DNA from: a virus
Strand: one strand, 5' to 3'
DNA length: 64,000 bases
IMG/VR virus record: IMGVR_UViG_3300044949_001773
Span: 1 to 64,000 of that record
The position numbers and the translations under genes were made by a program. The notes below the pieces were generated by a model. That model was given only the letters and a program-made list of their open reading frames with translations. It was not told the origin of the DNA and ran no database searches. Shown one piece after another: positions 53,876 to 63,537 of this stretch. Every line of letters starts with the position of its first letter. Within the stretch, counting starts at the first letter, position 1.

Positions 53876-54092
53876 CGTTCATCCCACATGGGACGGAAGT
53901 AAGCCGACTCGGAACGGATCGTTCATCTATGGAAACACTTTTATTGACTTGTTTGCAGGCGCAATTTATGATTGCCCGGGTAGATATGAATAAAAATATT
54001 ACTCCTAAAATTAGGAACGATATTGTTTGGGAAATTAAACAAGTTACTAAAAAAGGTTGTTTCCAAGACGCAAAAGCCGACTGAAGGAACGC
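53876..54092 (+). ncRNA. Tandem glutamine (glnA) riboswitch aptamers
   Basis: cgttcatccc..gggacggaagtaagccgactcggaacg, then cgttcatct..agacgcaaaagccgactgaaggaacg. Confidence 0.8.
53929..54084 (+). CDS. 51-aa ORF embedded in the second riboswitch aptamer
   Basis: METLLLTCLQAQFMIARV...IVWEIKQV...DAKAD*; open across the whole P2 insertion. Confidence 0.6.
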   Translation: METLLLTCLQAQFMIARVDMNKNITPKIRNDIVWEIKQVTKKGCFQDAKAD

Positions 54093-54124
54093 TCTTTAAC
54101 CTAAAAAACTAAGGAGAAAACCTA

Positions 54125-54262
54125 ATGTCTAAAGTAGTATATCGCGGTGTTGAGTATGATACTCAAAAGCGTTTAGAGTATCAACATCAAATGATGCAGC
54201 AACCACAACAATACAACGAAACTTATCGTGGAGTTAAGTTTGTAAAGGAGGGACATAAGTGA
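54125..54262 (+). CDS. DUF4278-like peptide (YRGV motifs)
   Basis: SD aaggag; MSKVVYRGVEY...TYRGVKF; typical of genes downstream of glutamine riboswitches. Confidence 0.8.
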   Translation: MSKVVYRGVEYDTQKRLEYQHQMMQQPQQYNETYRGVKFVKEGHK

Positions 54263-54442
54263 TGAAAAAACTTAACGTCCTTCAATTAATAAAAGAGCAA
54301 AAACAAAAAGAAGACCGTCGTTATCAGGCACAACTAGCACAGTTAGTTGGGTCAAAATAATGATAATTATTGCACAAATTACAATAGCTTCTGCTGCAAC
54401 TATTGCTTTATTGTCATTATATATTCAGTGGTTATATAAGTA

Positions 54443-54610
54443 ATGGATTACCATTACCACTGGGATGATATGGATAAGAATAGCAGAGATCCTGCTTGTT
54501 ATCAATTAACATATCGAGGATGTAAATACTGGTCTTGTTACAGAATACATTTACGAGAGTGGTTTGAACAAATTTTGGATATTGATCCAATTTATAACAA
54601 GAGGGGTTGA
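54443..54610 (+). CDS. Small protein with a DUF4278-like LTYRG motif
   Basis: ...CYQLTYRGCKYW...; followed by a terminator hairpin. Confidence 0.55.
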   Translation: MDYHYHWDDMDKNSRDPACYQLTYRGCKYWSCYRIHLREWFEQILDIDPIYNKRG

Positions 54611-54832
54611 CGATCCCTCTTTTTTTATGTAAAATGAAAAAAGAAATCTATGAGTAATGAATCAACAAAAAGTAAATTTAATAATTCAAAACATTGAAAC
54701 CTTATTGGATTTGTTAAAACTTGAAGTGAAAGATCCTCTTCATGAGGAGTCAGATAACATTATTAAATTGGGAGACTTAATAAAAGGTCCAATAGATGAT
54801 TATGAACCAAACTATTATGAGGAAGAAGACTA

Positions 54833-55021
54833 ATGTATGAAGAATTAACAGCATTTGAAAGAGCACTTGCTCGATTTGGAGATAAAGTTCAATATATTGT
54901 TGGGCTTGAAATATCAAATAAAATGAATCCCGAAATGGCGTATCAAGAGATTAAAGATATGATGAGGGAACTTAAAAAACTTCGTAAAAAAGAAAAGAAT
55001 AGTTGGGAGGCTGCAGAATGA
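54833..55021 (+). CDS. Conserved hypothetical protein
   Basis: FERALARFGDKV...AYQEIK. Confidence 0.7.
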   Translation: MYEELTAFERALARFGDKVQYIVGLEISNKMNPEMAYQEIKDMMRELKKLRKKEKNSWEAAE

Positions 55022-55770
55022 AACCAATTAAAGCAAAAGATCTTCTTGAAATCGATAAAAATCTTGAAGTCGTAATGCTTCAATGCTATACACTTCCTGA
55101 GCAAGTAATTTATCAGGCAGGAAAATGCGATTATTCAGAAACCCCTATTCATGATCAAAAAATTCCTTTTCCATCAGAATGCGGTAAGTGGGTAGTAGAC
55201 CGTCTCTTAAGCAACGAGAAAGGGCACTGGGGGCCTCTGGAACACCCCTCAATCACATTTTCTGTTTCTGGGTATGTTCATAACGTAATCGTTCAAGCAA
55301 GGACTCATAGAGTGGGTGTTAGCTTTGATGTTCAATCTCAAAGGTATACTGGAAAAAGAGTTGTTAAAGTTGCGAATGGAGAATTGAATCCTGAAGATGT
55401 TTTCTATGTACGTCCTCCTGGATTTTACACAAATCGTTACGGTAAAAAATATGATTGGACTGAAGAAGATTATCGGGATGAATTGAATTGGATTTTGGAA
55501 GGTTGTAAACGATACGCAGTAAAATATGAGAAAGGAATGTGCGAAGAGCACATTCGTGATTATCTCGCTCAAGCAATTCGTCAAAATTTTGTAGTTTCAT
55601 TTAATCTTCGTTCAGTCTTGCATTTGATGGATTTAAGAGCAAAAATGGATGCTCAACTTGAAATTCAAGCTCTATGTGAACAACTTGCTCCTCATCTTGA
55701 AAAATGGTCTCCAAATGTTTGGAAATATTATGAGGAAAAACGCCTACATAAAGCTAGGTTGTCTCCTTAA
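55018..55770 (+). CDS. thyX: Flavin-dependent thymidylate synthase
   Basis: GHWGPLEH, QARTHRVGVSFDVQSQRY, NLRS and AQLEIQ. Confidence 0.93.
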   Translation: MKPIKAKDLLEIDKNLEVVMLQCYTLPEQVIYQAGKCDYSETPIHDQKIPFPSECGKWVVDRLLSNEKGHWGPLEHPSITFSVSGYVHNVIVQARTHRVGVSFDVQSQRYTGKRVVKVANGELNPEDVFYVRPPGFYTNRYGKKYDWTEEDYRDELNWILEGCKRYAVKYEKGMCEEHIRDYLAQAIRQNFVVSFNLRSVLHLMDLRAKMDAQLEIQALCEQLAPHLEKWSPNVWKYYEEKRLHKARLSP

Positions 55771-55959
55771 ATAAATGAAGACTTACTGTGTTAAAGATCA
55801 TTTAACCGGACATGTATTTAAAGTTCTTTTTTCAGAAAAAGAACTTCATGACTTTTTAGAAAAGTACCCTGATATTAAAGAATGCGTTGATTGCATAGAG
55901 TGTGAAGATGCTCCTTCACTTTATATAGAATAAATATTACAAAATATTAAAGAATCTTG

Positions 55960-56202
55960 ATGGCAATTTACCCTATTATTAACAAAGATACTGGCGAAAC
56001 TAAAACTATAGAAATGAGTGTTCATGAAATTACACAATGGTATATTGACAATCCTGATTGGAAACGAGATTGGTCTCAAGGATGTGCCACTCCTGGAGAA
56101 GTCGGAGAGTGGAAAGATAAATTAGTCCAAAAACATCCTGGGTGGAATGATGTTTTGCGAAAAGCATCACAAGCCCCAAAATCTCAAGTAAAACCAATCT
56201 GA
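55960..56202 (+). CDS. Conserved hypothetical protein upstream of phoH
   Basis: MAIYPIINKDTGE..NPDW..PGWNDVL. Confidence 0.75.
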   Translation: MAIYPIINKDTGETKTIEMSVHEITQWYIDNPDWKRDWSQGCATPGEVGEWKDKLVQKHPGWNDVLRKASQAPKSQVKPI

Positions 56203-56207
56203 ACGAT

Positions 56208-56963
56208 ATGCCAAAAAGAAAAAGAGACACATCACCAATCGTCCCATTTGGAATGAGTAACCGACAGATGAAAAGAAAAAAACCAATTAATCTTGATGTA
56301 ATCAAGGAAATTGAACCTCTTACAGATAATCAGGAAAGATTATTTGAACGTTACAGATTGGATCAAAACATAGTTGCTTATGGGTGTGCTGGAACCGGAA
56401 AAACTTTTATTACTCTTTACAATGCCCTAAAAGATGTTTTAAATGAAAGAACACCTTACGAAAAAATTTATATCGTTAGGTCTTTGGTAGCAACCAGAGA
56501 AATTGGATTTCTTCCTGGAGATCATGAGGATAAATCTTCTCTTTATCAAATTCCTTATAAGAATATGGTAAAGCATATGTTTGAGATGCCTACTGATACT
56601 GATTTTGAAATGCTTTATGGCAACCTTAAAACTCAAGGCACTATTAGTTTCTGGAGCACTTCATTTATTCGTGGTACTACTTTAGATAACGCAATTATTA
56701 TTGTAGATGAATTTCAAAATCTTAACTTCCACGAACTAGATTCAATTATTACTCGTGTTGGAGAAAATAGTAAGATTATGTTCTGCGGAGATGCCATGCA
56801 GAGTGATTTGGTAAAAACCAACGAAAAGAATGGTATTGTTGATTTTATGAAGATCTTGCGTATTATGCCATCTTTTGATATAATTGAGTTTCAACCAGAA
56901 GACATTGTTCGTTCTGGTCTATGTAAAGAATATATTATTGCTAAGCACGAACTGAATCTGTAA
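56208..56963 (+). CDS. phoH: PhoH family ATPase
   Basis: GCAGTGKT, IGFLPG, RGTTL, DEFQN, GD..QSDL and IVRSG. Confidence 0.96.
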   Translation: MPKRKRDTSPIVPFGMSNRQMKRKKPINLDVIKEIEPLTDNQERLFERYRLDQNIVAYGCAGTGKTFITLYNALKDVLNERTPYEKIYIVRSLVATREIGFLPGDHEDKSSLYQIPYKNMVKHMFEMPTDTDFEMLYGNLKTQGTISFWSTSFIRGTTLDNAIIIVDEFQNLNFHELDSIITRVGENSKIMFCGDAMQSDLVKTNEKNGIVDFMKILRIMPSFDIIEFQPEDIVRSGLCKEYIIAKHELNL

Positions 56964-57652
56964 TGTTTAATCATGTAAATTTAGATCTTCCTAAACTTCA
57001 AAGAGAAGTAATTGATGGGGTTCGCTATTATAAGATCGGAGATAACTCCGATCCATTTAGAGCCGTATCAATTACTTCCGTTATTAGTCATTATAATAAA
57101 GAAATTTTTGAGAAGTGGAGAAAAAGAGTCGGTAATGAAGAAGCCGATAAAATTACTAGACAAGCGACTAGTAGGGGGACAGATGCTCATACTCTAATTG
57201 AGTATCATCTTTTGAACAAAGATCTTCCTCAAGTTCAGCCAATTTCTGAGTACTTATTTAAAATTGCTAAACCGGAGTTAAATCGTATAAATAATATTTA
57301 CTCCCTTGAAGGTTCTCTCTACAGTGAATTCTTTGGAATCGCCGGAACTGTTGATTGTATCGCAGAATTTGATGGAGAACTATCAATAGTAGATTTTAAA
57401 ACATCAAAAAGTCCTAAACCAAGAGATTGGATTGAACATTATTTCGTACAGTGTTGTGCGTATGCTTGCATGTTACATGAATTAACCGGGTTGTCGGTTA
57501 AGAAATTTGTTATTATTATGACATGCTTAAATGGAGAAGTTGTCGTTTATGAAGAAAGGGACAAAGAAAAATATATTCGTCTTTTGACAAAATATATTAA
57601 AAAGTTTGTACAAGATAAACTAATCTCAAATGACAACAGAAATAAAAACTAA
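56963..57652 (+). CDS. PD-(D/E)XK exonuclease
   Basis: SITSVI, RGT..H, GTVDC, IVDFKTS and Q..AY. Confidence 0.88.
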   Translation: MFNHVNLDLPKLQREVIDGVRYYKIGDNSDPFRAVSITSVISHYNKEIFEKWRKRVGNEEADKITRQATSRGTDAHTLIEYHLLNKDLPQVQPISEYLFKIAKPELNRINNIYSLEGSLYSEFFGIAGTVDCIAEFDGELSIVDFKTSKSPKPRDWIEHYFVQCCAYACMLHELTGLSVKKFVIIMTCLNGEVVVYEERDKEKYIRLLTKYIKKFVQDKLISNDNRNKN

Positions 57653-57899
57653 ATTACAAGATGAATTTGATAAAAAATTTATGTGCTCTGAAAAATTTGC
57701 TCGTGATATTGAAGACATTGTAAAAAATGATGAAGATATGGACTATATTAGTGCCATAGTTTATTATTGTGATATTAACAGTATTGATGTTGAGTCCGTA
57801 CCAAAACTAATATCAAAACCACTTAAAGAAAAAATTAAGTGGAACGCAATGGAATTAAATTTTCTTAAAAAAACATCTAGAGCTAAACTTCCTATTTGA
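57630..57899 (+). CDS. gp33: Late transcription coactivator (gp33)
   Basis: YISAIVYYC..I..E...KLISKPLKEKI...LNFLK. Confidence 0.9.
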   Translation: MTTEIKTKLQDEFDKKFMCSEKFARDIEDIVKNDEDMDYISAIVYYCDINSIDVESVPKLISKPLKEKIKWNAMELNFLKKTSRAKLPI

Positions 57900-58505
57900 A
57901 TGATTAAAATGACTCCGATTGAAGTCTATAAGACTTATGTATCTTTGAAAAATCATTTTACTAAACTTGATTATGATTACATAAAATATAATGGGAAAGT
58001 CAGGGCCAGTGAAAGTTCTTTTTATAAAAGAAAAGATAGGTTTTGGTTTGAAAAGTTAAGTAGGCAGAAAAAGGATGAGGAGATTGTAAATTTCTTCATC
58101 TCTAATTTTGCGTTAATTGATGATCCTCAGCAAGTCTGGATCGGAGAAATAATTAAAAATGGGGAAGATAATTATAAAGAATGGCAAAAAAGAATTCAAT
58201 CTCTATCTTACTTTTTCCGAGAAGAGATTGAAACTACATTTTTAAATGAAAATTTTGATAATGTATTTTATATTTCTGGATCAAAGCATCCTAAAATTTT
58301 AAAATTATTTTTGTCTAAAAAGGTTTCATTAGAAACACTAATTATCCTTGATAAAATTTTAGGATACAAAAATAACTTTGATGCTAAACTTAAAGATCCT
58401 ATTTGGGAATTGGTTTCAAATAAAATATACAAATACTCCCCATTTCTAAATATTGATATCTCAAAATACAAAGAGATATTAAAACAAACGGTAATACCTA
58501 AATGA
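57900..58505 (+). CDS. gp59: Helicase loader (gp59)
   Basis: YKTYVSLKNHFT..YDY.KY.GK, RKDRFWFEKL and SLETL. Confidence 0.9.
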   Translation: MIKMTPIEVYKTYVSLKNHFTKLDYDYIKYNGKVRASESSFYKRKDRFWFEKLSRQKKDEEIVNFFISNFALIDDPQQVWIGEIIKNGEDNYKEWQKRIQSLSYFFREEIETTFLNENFDNVFYISGSKHPKILKLFLSKKVSLETLIILDKILGYKNNFDAKLKDPIWELVSNKIYKYSPFLNIDISKYKEILKQTVIPK

Positions 58506-58834
58506 AATTTTTTGATTCTGAAATAGTAAAAAAAGAGCTTGAGGAAATACAATTTCTTCAAGAAAGAATTTATAACAAAATTTTCTCCCTTTCTTCTATG
58601 GACAGGGAAGAAAAATTAGATCATATACAAACGCTACAAGATTTGTTGGAACGTCAAAAAATTCTTTATACAAGATTGAAACTTTCCGACGATGAAGAGG
58701 CAATCCGAATCAGAAAAAAAATAGAAGAATCAGCCATGACTATGGGTATGCCGGAAAATTTTGATATGAATGTCGTTTTCAATAATATGAGCAATATTAT
58801 TGAAACTATGAAAAACACCATAGAGAGGGCTTGA
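58502..58834 (+). CDS. DUF1825-like protein
   Basis: FFDSEIV..E, Q.ILYTRLKLSDD.EA. Confidence 0.75.
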   Translation: MKFFDSEIVKKELEEIQFLQERIYNKIFSLSSMDREEKLDHIQTLQDLLERQKILYTRLKLSDDEEAIRIRKKIEESAMTMGMPENFDMNVVFNNMSNIIETMKNTIERA

Positions 58835-58905
58835 CATCCCTTCTTCGCTTTGCTAAGATAAAGTCGTCCCAAAGGCCAAATACTAAAATCTAAAGAGGTA
58901 ATCTA

Positions 58906-59874
58906 ATGTCTTTTGAAAATCTTAAAAAGCAATCCCGTCTTGGATCTCTGACTAGTAAATTAGTCAAGGAAGTTGAAAAGATGAGTTCCAACTCCAGTTC
59001 ATCTGATGATCGTCTATGGAAGCCAGAGATGGACAAAACTGGAAACGGATTTGCTGTTGTTCGTTTTCTTCCGGCTCCAGAGGGAGAAGATCTGCCATGG
59101 GTAAAACTGTATAGTCATGCATTTCAAGGACCTGGTGGATGGTATATTGAAAATTCTCTGACAACTATTAATCAAAAAGATCCAGTTTCAGAGTATAATC
59201 GTGAACTCTGGAATACTGGCAACGAAAAGGATAAAGATACAGTTCGCAAGCAAAAGCGTAAACTATCGTTCTACAGCAATATCTATGTTGTAAAGGATCC
59301 TGCCAATCCTCATAACGAAGGAAAGGTATTTCTATTCAAGTATGGTAAAAAGATCTTTGATAAGATCATGGAAGCCATGCAACCAGAGTTTGAAGATGAA
59401 ACTCCAATCAATCCTTTTGATTTTTGGCAAGGTGCTAATTTCAAAATCAAAATCGTAAAGAAAGATGGTTATTGGAATTATGACAAATCCGAGTTTGGTT
59501 CTATTGAACCTCTTCTGGATGACGACGATGCTCTAGAATCACTTTGGAAAAAGGAGTATTCTCTAAGTGCTCTAATCGCAGATGATCAGTTCAAGTCTTA
59601 TGATGATCTTGAGAAGCGTCTCAAGTATGTTCTCGGTCAAAAAGAATCAGCTCGTAAATCATCAATTTCTGAGGAGGATGAATACGAAGAGTATACTGAA
59701 TCACAAAGTTCAACCAAGAATGTAATGGATGAACTAGAGGAATCGTATATTAAGAGCAAAACACCTCCTGTTCCAGAGAACCTGAAAAAAGAACTAAATG
59801 CTCTGAGTTCAGATGTTGATGAGGATGAAGATGATGCTTTATCTTACTTCTCTAAGCTAGTTGATATGGATTGA
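58906..59874 (+). CDS. gp32: Single-stranded DNA-binding protein (gp32)
   Basis: DDRLWKP, AVVRFLP, GWYIENSLTT and acidic tail DDALSYF. Confidence 0.97.
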   Translation: MSFENLKKQSRLGSLTSKLVKEVEKMSSNSSSSDDRLWKPEMDKTGNGFAVVRFLPAPEGEDLPWVKLYSHAFQGPGGWYIENSLTTINQKDPVSEYNRELWNTGNEKDKDTVRKQKRKLSFYSNIYVVKDPANPHNEGKVFLFKYGKKIFDKIMEAMQPEFEDETPINPFDFWQGANFKIKIVKKDGYWNYDKSEFGSIEPLLDDDDALESLWKKEYSLSALIADDQFKSYDDLEKRLKYVLGQKESARKSSISEEDEYEEYTESQSSTKNVMDELEESYIKSKTPPVPENLKKELNALSSDVDEDEDDALSYFSKLVDMD

Positions 59875-60888
59875 TCACTGATATAATCTAATATTATCAG
59901 CTCTTTTTAAGGTTTCGGACACATATTGTTCGGAACCTTTTTTATAGGTCATAATTTCATCCATATCATTAAAGACGATATTTAGGTATTGTCTTTTTAG
60001 GATATAGATATTTCTTTTTTCATTTTCCAATTCAGATTCATATTGATAGTTTGTAATTGGAGTTAAAAAAGTATTTGATGATATTCTTTCAACCAATCCT
60101 AACGAATTATCAAGATACTCGTAATAATATTGATTTGTTGATATATCTTCTCCGCTTGGAAAAAACTCTACATACTCATTTCCAGTCAATTCTATAATTA
60201 TGTCCTCACTAGATGAATAGTTTACTTCATACTTAATGGTTGAAACTTTACCACTAGAGTAATCTTCATTTATAGAGTTGACTACAAAGTTGCCATTAAA
60301 TATTGAATTATCAACACCAGAAACGGTAAACTCACTCTGAACTCTTATTCCATCTATTGGAGTCAAAAATGAGATTTCAATCAAATTACTATCTGATCTG
60401 TAAATGATTGAAACAATATTCTTTTCTCTTCTTGTGGATATGAAGTTTCCGCTTTCTCTCCAATTTGTATTAATTTTTATTCCAGAATTCAATACAATTT
60501 CTCCTCTAGAATTTCTAACTTCCTCTGTTTCATAATGATGAATACCTGAATATAGATTTTCGTAAGTATCATATTTTTCAAGCATTAAAGAATCAAAAAT
60601 ATTTTGAGGAAGTGGCCATTCATTCTGTATATTTAATATATTGTTTGATAATAAAATGACCCAATCTAAAGTCGCATCTCCATAGACTTTATATGCAACA
60701 TTATCTGGTCTATCATCACCCACAATAGAATACTTTTCAAAGTATGATAAGTTTTGAAAAATATCTTCCCTTAACTTTCCTCTTTTAAATAAGTTTTTTA
60801 CAGCTACATAATCAGAAATACTTTTTGAATTTTTATCTCTACTGACATATTCAAAATTAGGTAGTTGTCTGAAATACGGATTTGCCAT
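59875..60888 (-). CDS. gp53: Baseplate wedge protein (gp53)
   Basis: YFRQLPNFEY, RPDNVAY..YG..LDWVILL.N, IHHYET and TNYQYE..EN..KRNI. Confidence 0.9.
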   Translation of the reverse strand: MANPYFRQLPNFEYVSRDKNSKSISDYVAVKNLFKRGKLREDIFQNLSYFEKYSIVGDDRPDNVAYKVYGDATLDWVILLSNNILNIQNEWPLPQNIFDSLMLEKYDTYENLYSGIHHYETEEVRNSRGEIVLNSGIKINTNWRESGNFISTRREKNIVSIIYRSDSNLIEISFLTPIDGIRVQSEFTVSGVDNSIFNGNFVVNSINEDYSSGKVSTIKYEVNYSSSEDIIIELTGNEYVEFFPSGEDISTNQYYYEYLDNSLGLVERISSNTFLTPITNYQYESELENEKRNIYILKRQYLNIVFNDMDEIMTYKKGSEQYVSETLKRADNIRLYQ

Positions 60889-60890
60889 TT

Positions 60891-62141
60891 TTAGTAACCC
60901 ATTGTTGAAGTGTCTGTATCGTCAAAATCTGTATTATAAATTGGTTCTAATTCTGAGAATGTTAATGATAGTTGATAAGAAGTCATTGAACCATCCTGAT
61001 ATGTCATATAATTTTGGCCAGGAGTATAATCAACATTTAAACTTGTTAATGCACACATTTTTATTTTATTCAAGAATGGGTGCTGATTGCCTGTTTTTCC
61101 AAAAATATATTTCAATTTAAATACGCTCGGAGTTTTTAAAAATAAATTAGTATCTTTGACTGCTGCCATATTCCTCTTAAGTAAGAGTATTATATTTTTA
61201 ATTTCAGCAGCTTCTTCATTATCTCTTGGAGTCATTAAATAATTATAAGAAAAAGATCTTAAATTTGGACCACCAAATAATAGTTCTAGATTTGGATTGA
61301 CTACCAATCCACTATTTCTTGTTACTAGATTTGCGCCAACAGCTTGTCCGGCAAAATATTGAATAATATAATTTTTTAAATCGTTATTTCCAGCAGCTTG
61401 TCCTCCCGCATTTAATACATTATCAATAAATTGGGTGGCAGCCTGCATATAATTTCCAGTACTTATGCTTTGAATTGCCTGTCCCGCTTGACCAGCAAAA
61501 AATGTTTGAATTGGATTTAATGAATCGGGTCCCCAATTAACACTATTGGCTTCCGAAATTCCAGGTTGCATTGGTAGGGTTATTGTTTCCTTTGCTGATT
61601 TTATTCTATTATCCACTGATTCTGGAGAAAAAAATGTATTCGGATCTGTAAAATTTGCCGAATTCTTTCCAACAGGCACATACTCATATCTGGTTATCTG
61701 TAAATAATCGTAACCATTATTTACTTTTAATGGATACCTATAATTACTTTTATCGCTTGATATTGGATTAGTTCCAGATGCTGGATTTTGTGTAGACCCA
61801 GACTGCTGACTTCCAGCTTCTGAATTTTCACTAGTAATTCCATTTCCAATTATTCCTGGAGTAAATATATTTTCTTGCCAGAATTTATTTCTTACATCTG
61901 CTGGAAGGTCATTTATTATGCTAGTAGTATTTTGGGTGAGATCATATGAATAATTTTTTAAAAATGATTCAGTATTTGAACCATCTTTAAACACTGTATC
62001 TGATTTTACATCCCAAACATTGTTGGAGGAATTCCATTCAGTAAAGGTAGATTCTCCTACTTTAGATACTCTTGGAGACTCTAAATTATCATAGCCAGCT
62101 ATTTCAAGTAAATTTCCTCCGACTATTGTTCTTTTTGCCAT
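60891..62141 (-). CDS. gp48: Baseplate tail tube cap (gp48)
   Basis: ITLPMQ, NPNLELLF.GP.LRSF, CALTS..VDYTP and LTFSELEPI. Confidence 0.88.
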   Translation of the reverse strand: MAKRTIVGGNLLEIAGYDNLESPRVSKVGESTFTEWNSSNNVWDVKSDTVFKDGSNTESFLKNYSYDLTQNTTSIINDLPADVRNKFWQENIFTPGIIGNGITSENSEAGSQQSGSTQNPASGTNPISSDKSNYRYPLKVNNGYDYLQITRYEYVPVGKNSANFTDPNTFFSPESVDNRIKSAKETITLPMQPGISEANSVNWGPDSLNPIQTFFAGQAGQAIQSISTGNYMQAATQFIDNVLNAGGQAAGNNDLKNYIIQYFAGQAVGANLVTRNSGLVVNPNLELLFGGPNLRSFSYNYLMTPRDNEEAAEIKNIILLLKRNMAAVKDTNLFLKTPSVFKLKYIFGKTGNQHPFLNKIKMCALTSLNVDYTPGQNYMTYQDGSMTSYQLSLTFSELEPIYNTDFDDTDTSTMGY

Positions 62142-62175
62142 TAAAATGACCTATTAATAGTTACTTTTTTAGTAT

Positions 62176-62619
62176 TTATTTGATTCCCAGTTCATCTTCT
62201 GTAATAATCTTAAATTCTATTAATCTATCATCGCACCATTCTTTTGCTGCATTCCATTTCGCTTGATTTACAGCATAAGTTTTTGCTTCATAAAGATAAT
62301 TTTTAGTAGTTCTTGATTTCTTTACTGGCGGCACTGTTTGCTTTTTTGGCTTGACTTCAATTACATAAGTTTTTATTTGTCCACTTGATTCTTTAACTTT
62401 AATAATAAAATCTGGAAAGTACTTATGAACTCTTCCATCAACCGGCGACTTATATGGAATAAAGAATTCTTCAGAACCCCAAGAAATTATATTCTCATTC
62501 AAATCGCACCAATGACAAAATTTTCTCTCCCAACTACTTCTACAAATAATATTATTTGGATCGCCTGTATATTTTTTTGGATTTGATGGTTTGTATTTTG
62601 ATTTTAGACTTTCCGCCAT
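62176..62619 (-). CDS. gp4: Head completion nuclease (gp4)
   Basis: PSNPKKY.GD, RSSWE, W.SEE, YFPDF, IEVKP and KW.AA. Confidence 0.93.
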   Translation of the reverse strand: MAESLKSKYKPSNPKKYTGDPNNIICRSSWERKFCHWCDLNENIISWGSEEFFIPYKSPVDGRVHKYFPDFIIKVKESSGQIKTYVIEVKPKKQTVPPVKKSRTTKNYLYEAKTYAVNQAKWNAAKEWCDDRLIEFKIITEDELGIK

Positions 62620-62650
62620 ACATAATATATAAACTAAAAGATATTTATAA

Positions 62651-63505
62651 ATGTCTGCTGGAAACCCTAGAAGTTATACCGTAAGTGAATTAAAAACTAG
62701 ATTTCTTAATATTGCTCAAAATTCAATATACCATATTAAGTTTGGTGTGCCACCTTCTGTAAGTTCTTTTTTATCAACTAGAAGCATAAGCTTTCAAAAT
62801 ATTTCTAATATTGAACTTCTTTGTTCTGAAACTGCTTTGCCAGGAACATCTTTAGCTACACATGAAGCTACAAATGATTATCATGGCGTCACTGAAAAAA
62901 TGGCATATAGGAGAATGTATGATGATACGATTGATTTGACTTTTTATGTGGATAGGGATTATAGAGTCATTGAGTTTTTTGATAGTTGGATTGATTATAT
63001 AACAGGACAAGGTACGACATTTTCTAAAGAAGAATACAAAGAAAAAACAGCTTACTATAGGATGAATTACCCTGAAACGTATAAGAGTGATATATTTTTA
63101 ATGAAATATGAAAAAGATTATGGACAATCCATGCAATACACGTTTGTAAATTCTTTTCCTATTAATATCATCTCAACTCCAATAAACTATGAAGCTAGTC
63201 AATTATTAAAATGTACCGTATCATTTTCTTATATTAGATATGTAAGAGAAAGAAAAGGTACAAGCTTTACTGGAACCATTCCCAATCCAAAATCTCCAGG
63301 AATAACTGAATTTAATTCTTTTGATTTTTGGAGAAAATCGCCGATTGTGCAAGATTTTGATTATAGTAAATTAGAAAAAGTACTTTCTAATGAGTATTAT
63401 AATAATGGAATTTTAAGACTATACAAAGAAGGAAATATTGATTTTAGACAAACTTTCGGAGACCCTCTTCAAGATGCCACAAACTTTGGACGCGGTATTG
63501 GGTAA
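62651..63505 (+). CDS. Baseplate tail tube initiator/gp19-like protein (gp54 family)
   Basis: LLCSETALPG, AYRRMYD..IDLTFYVD, FPI.I.S and TVSFSY. Confidence 0.75.
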   Translation: MSAGNPRSYTVSELKTRFLNIAQNSIYHIKFGVPPSVSSFLSTRSISFQNISNIELLCSETALPGTSLATHEATNDYHGVTEKMAYRRMYDDTIDLTFYVDRDYRVIEFFDSWIDYITGQGTTFSKEEYKEKTAYYRMNYPETYKSDIFLMKYEKDYGQSMQYTFVNSFPINIISTPINYEASQLLKCTVSFSYIRYVRERKGTSFTGTIPNPKSPGITEFNSFDFWRKSPIVQDFDYSKLEKVLSNEYYNNGILRLYKEGNIDFRQTFGDPLQDATNFGRGIG

Positions 63506-63537
63506 TAAATATTAATAACTGATTTTTTTGAGAGATC

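Noticed and set aside
56963-57652. Cas4-like nuclease suggesting a CRISPR system
   Set aside because: It is a core T4-like cyanophage exonuclease. I found no repeat-spacer array or cas genes in the window.
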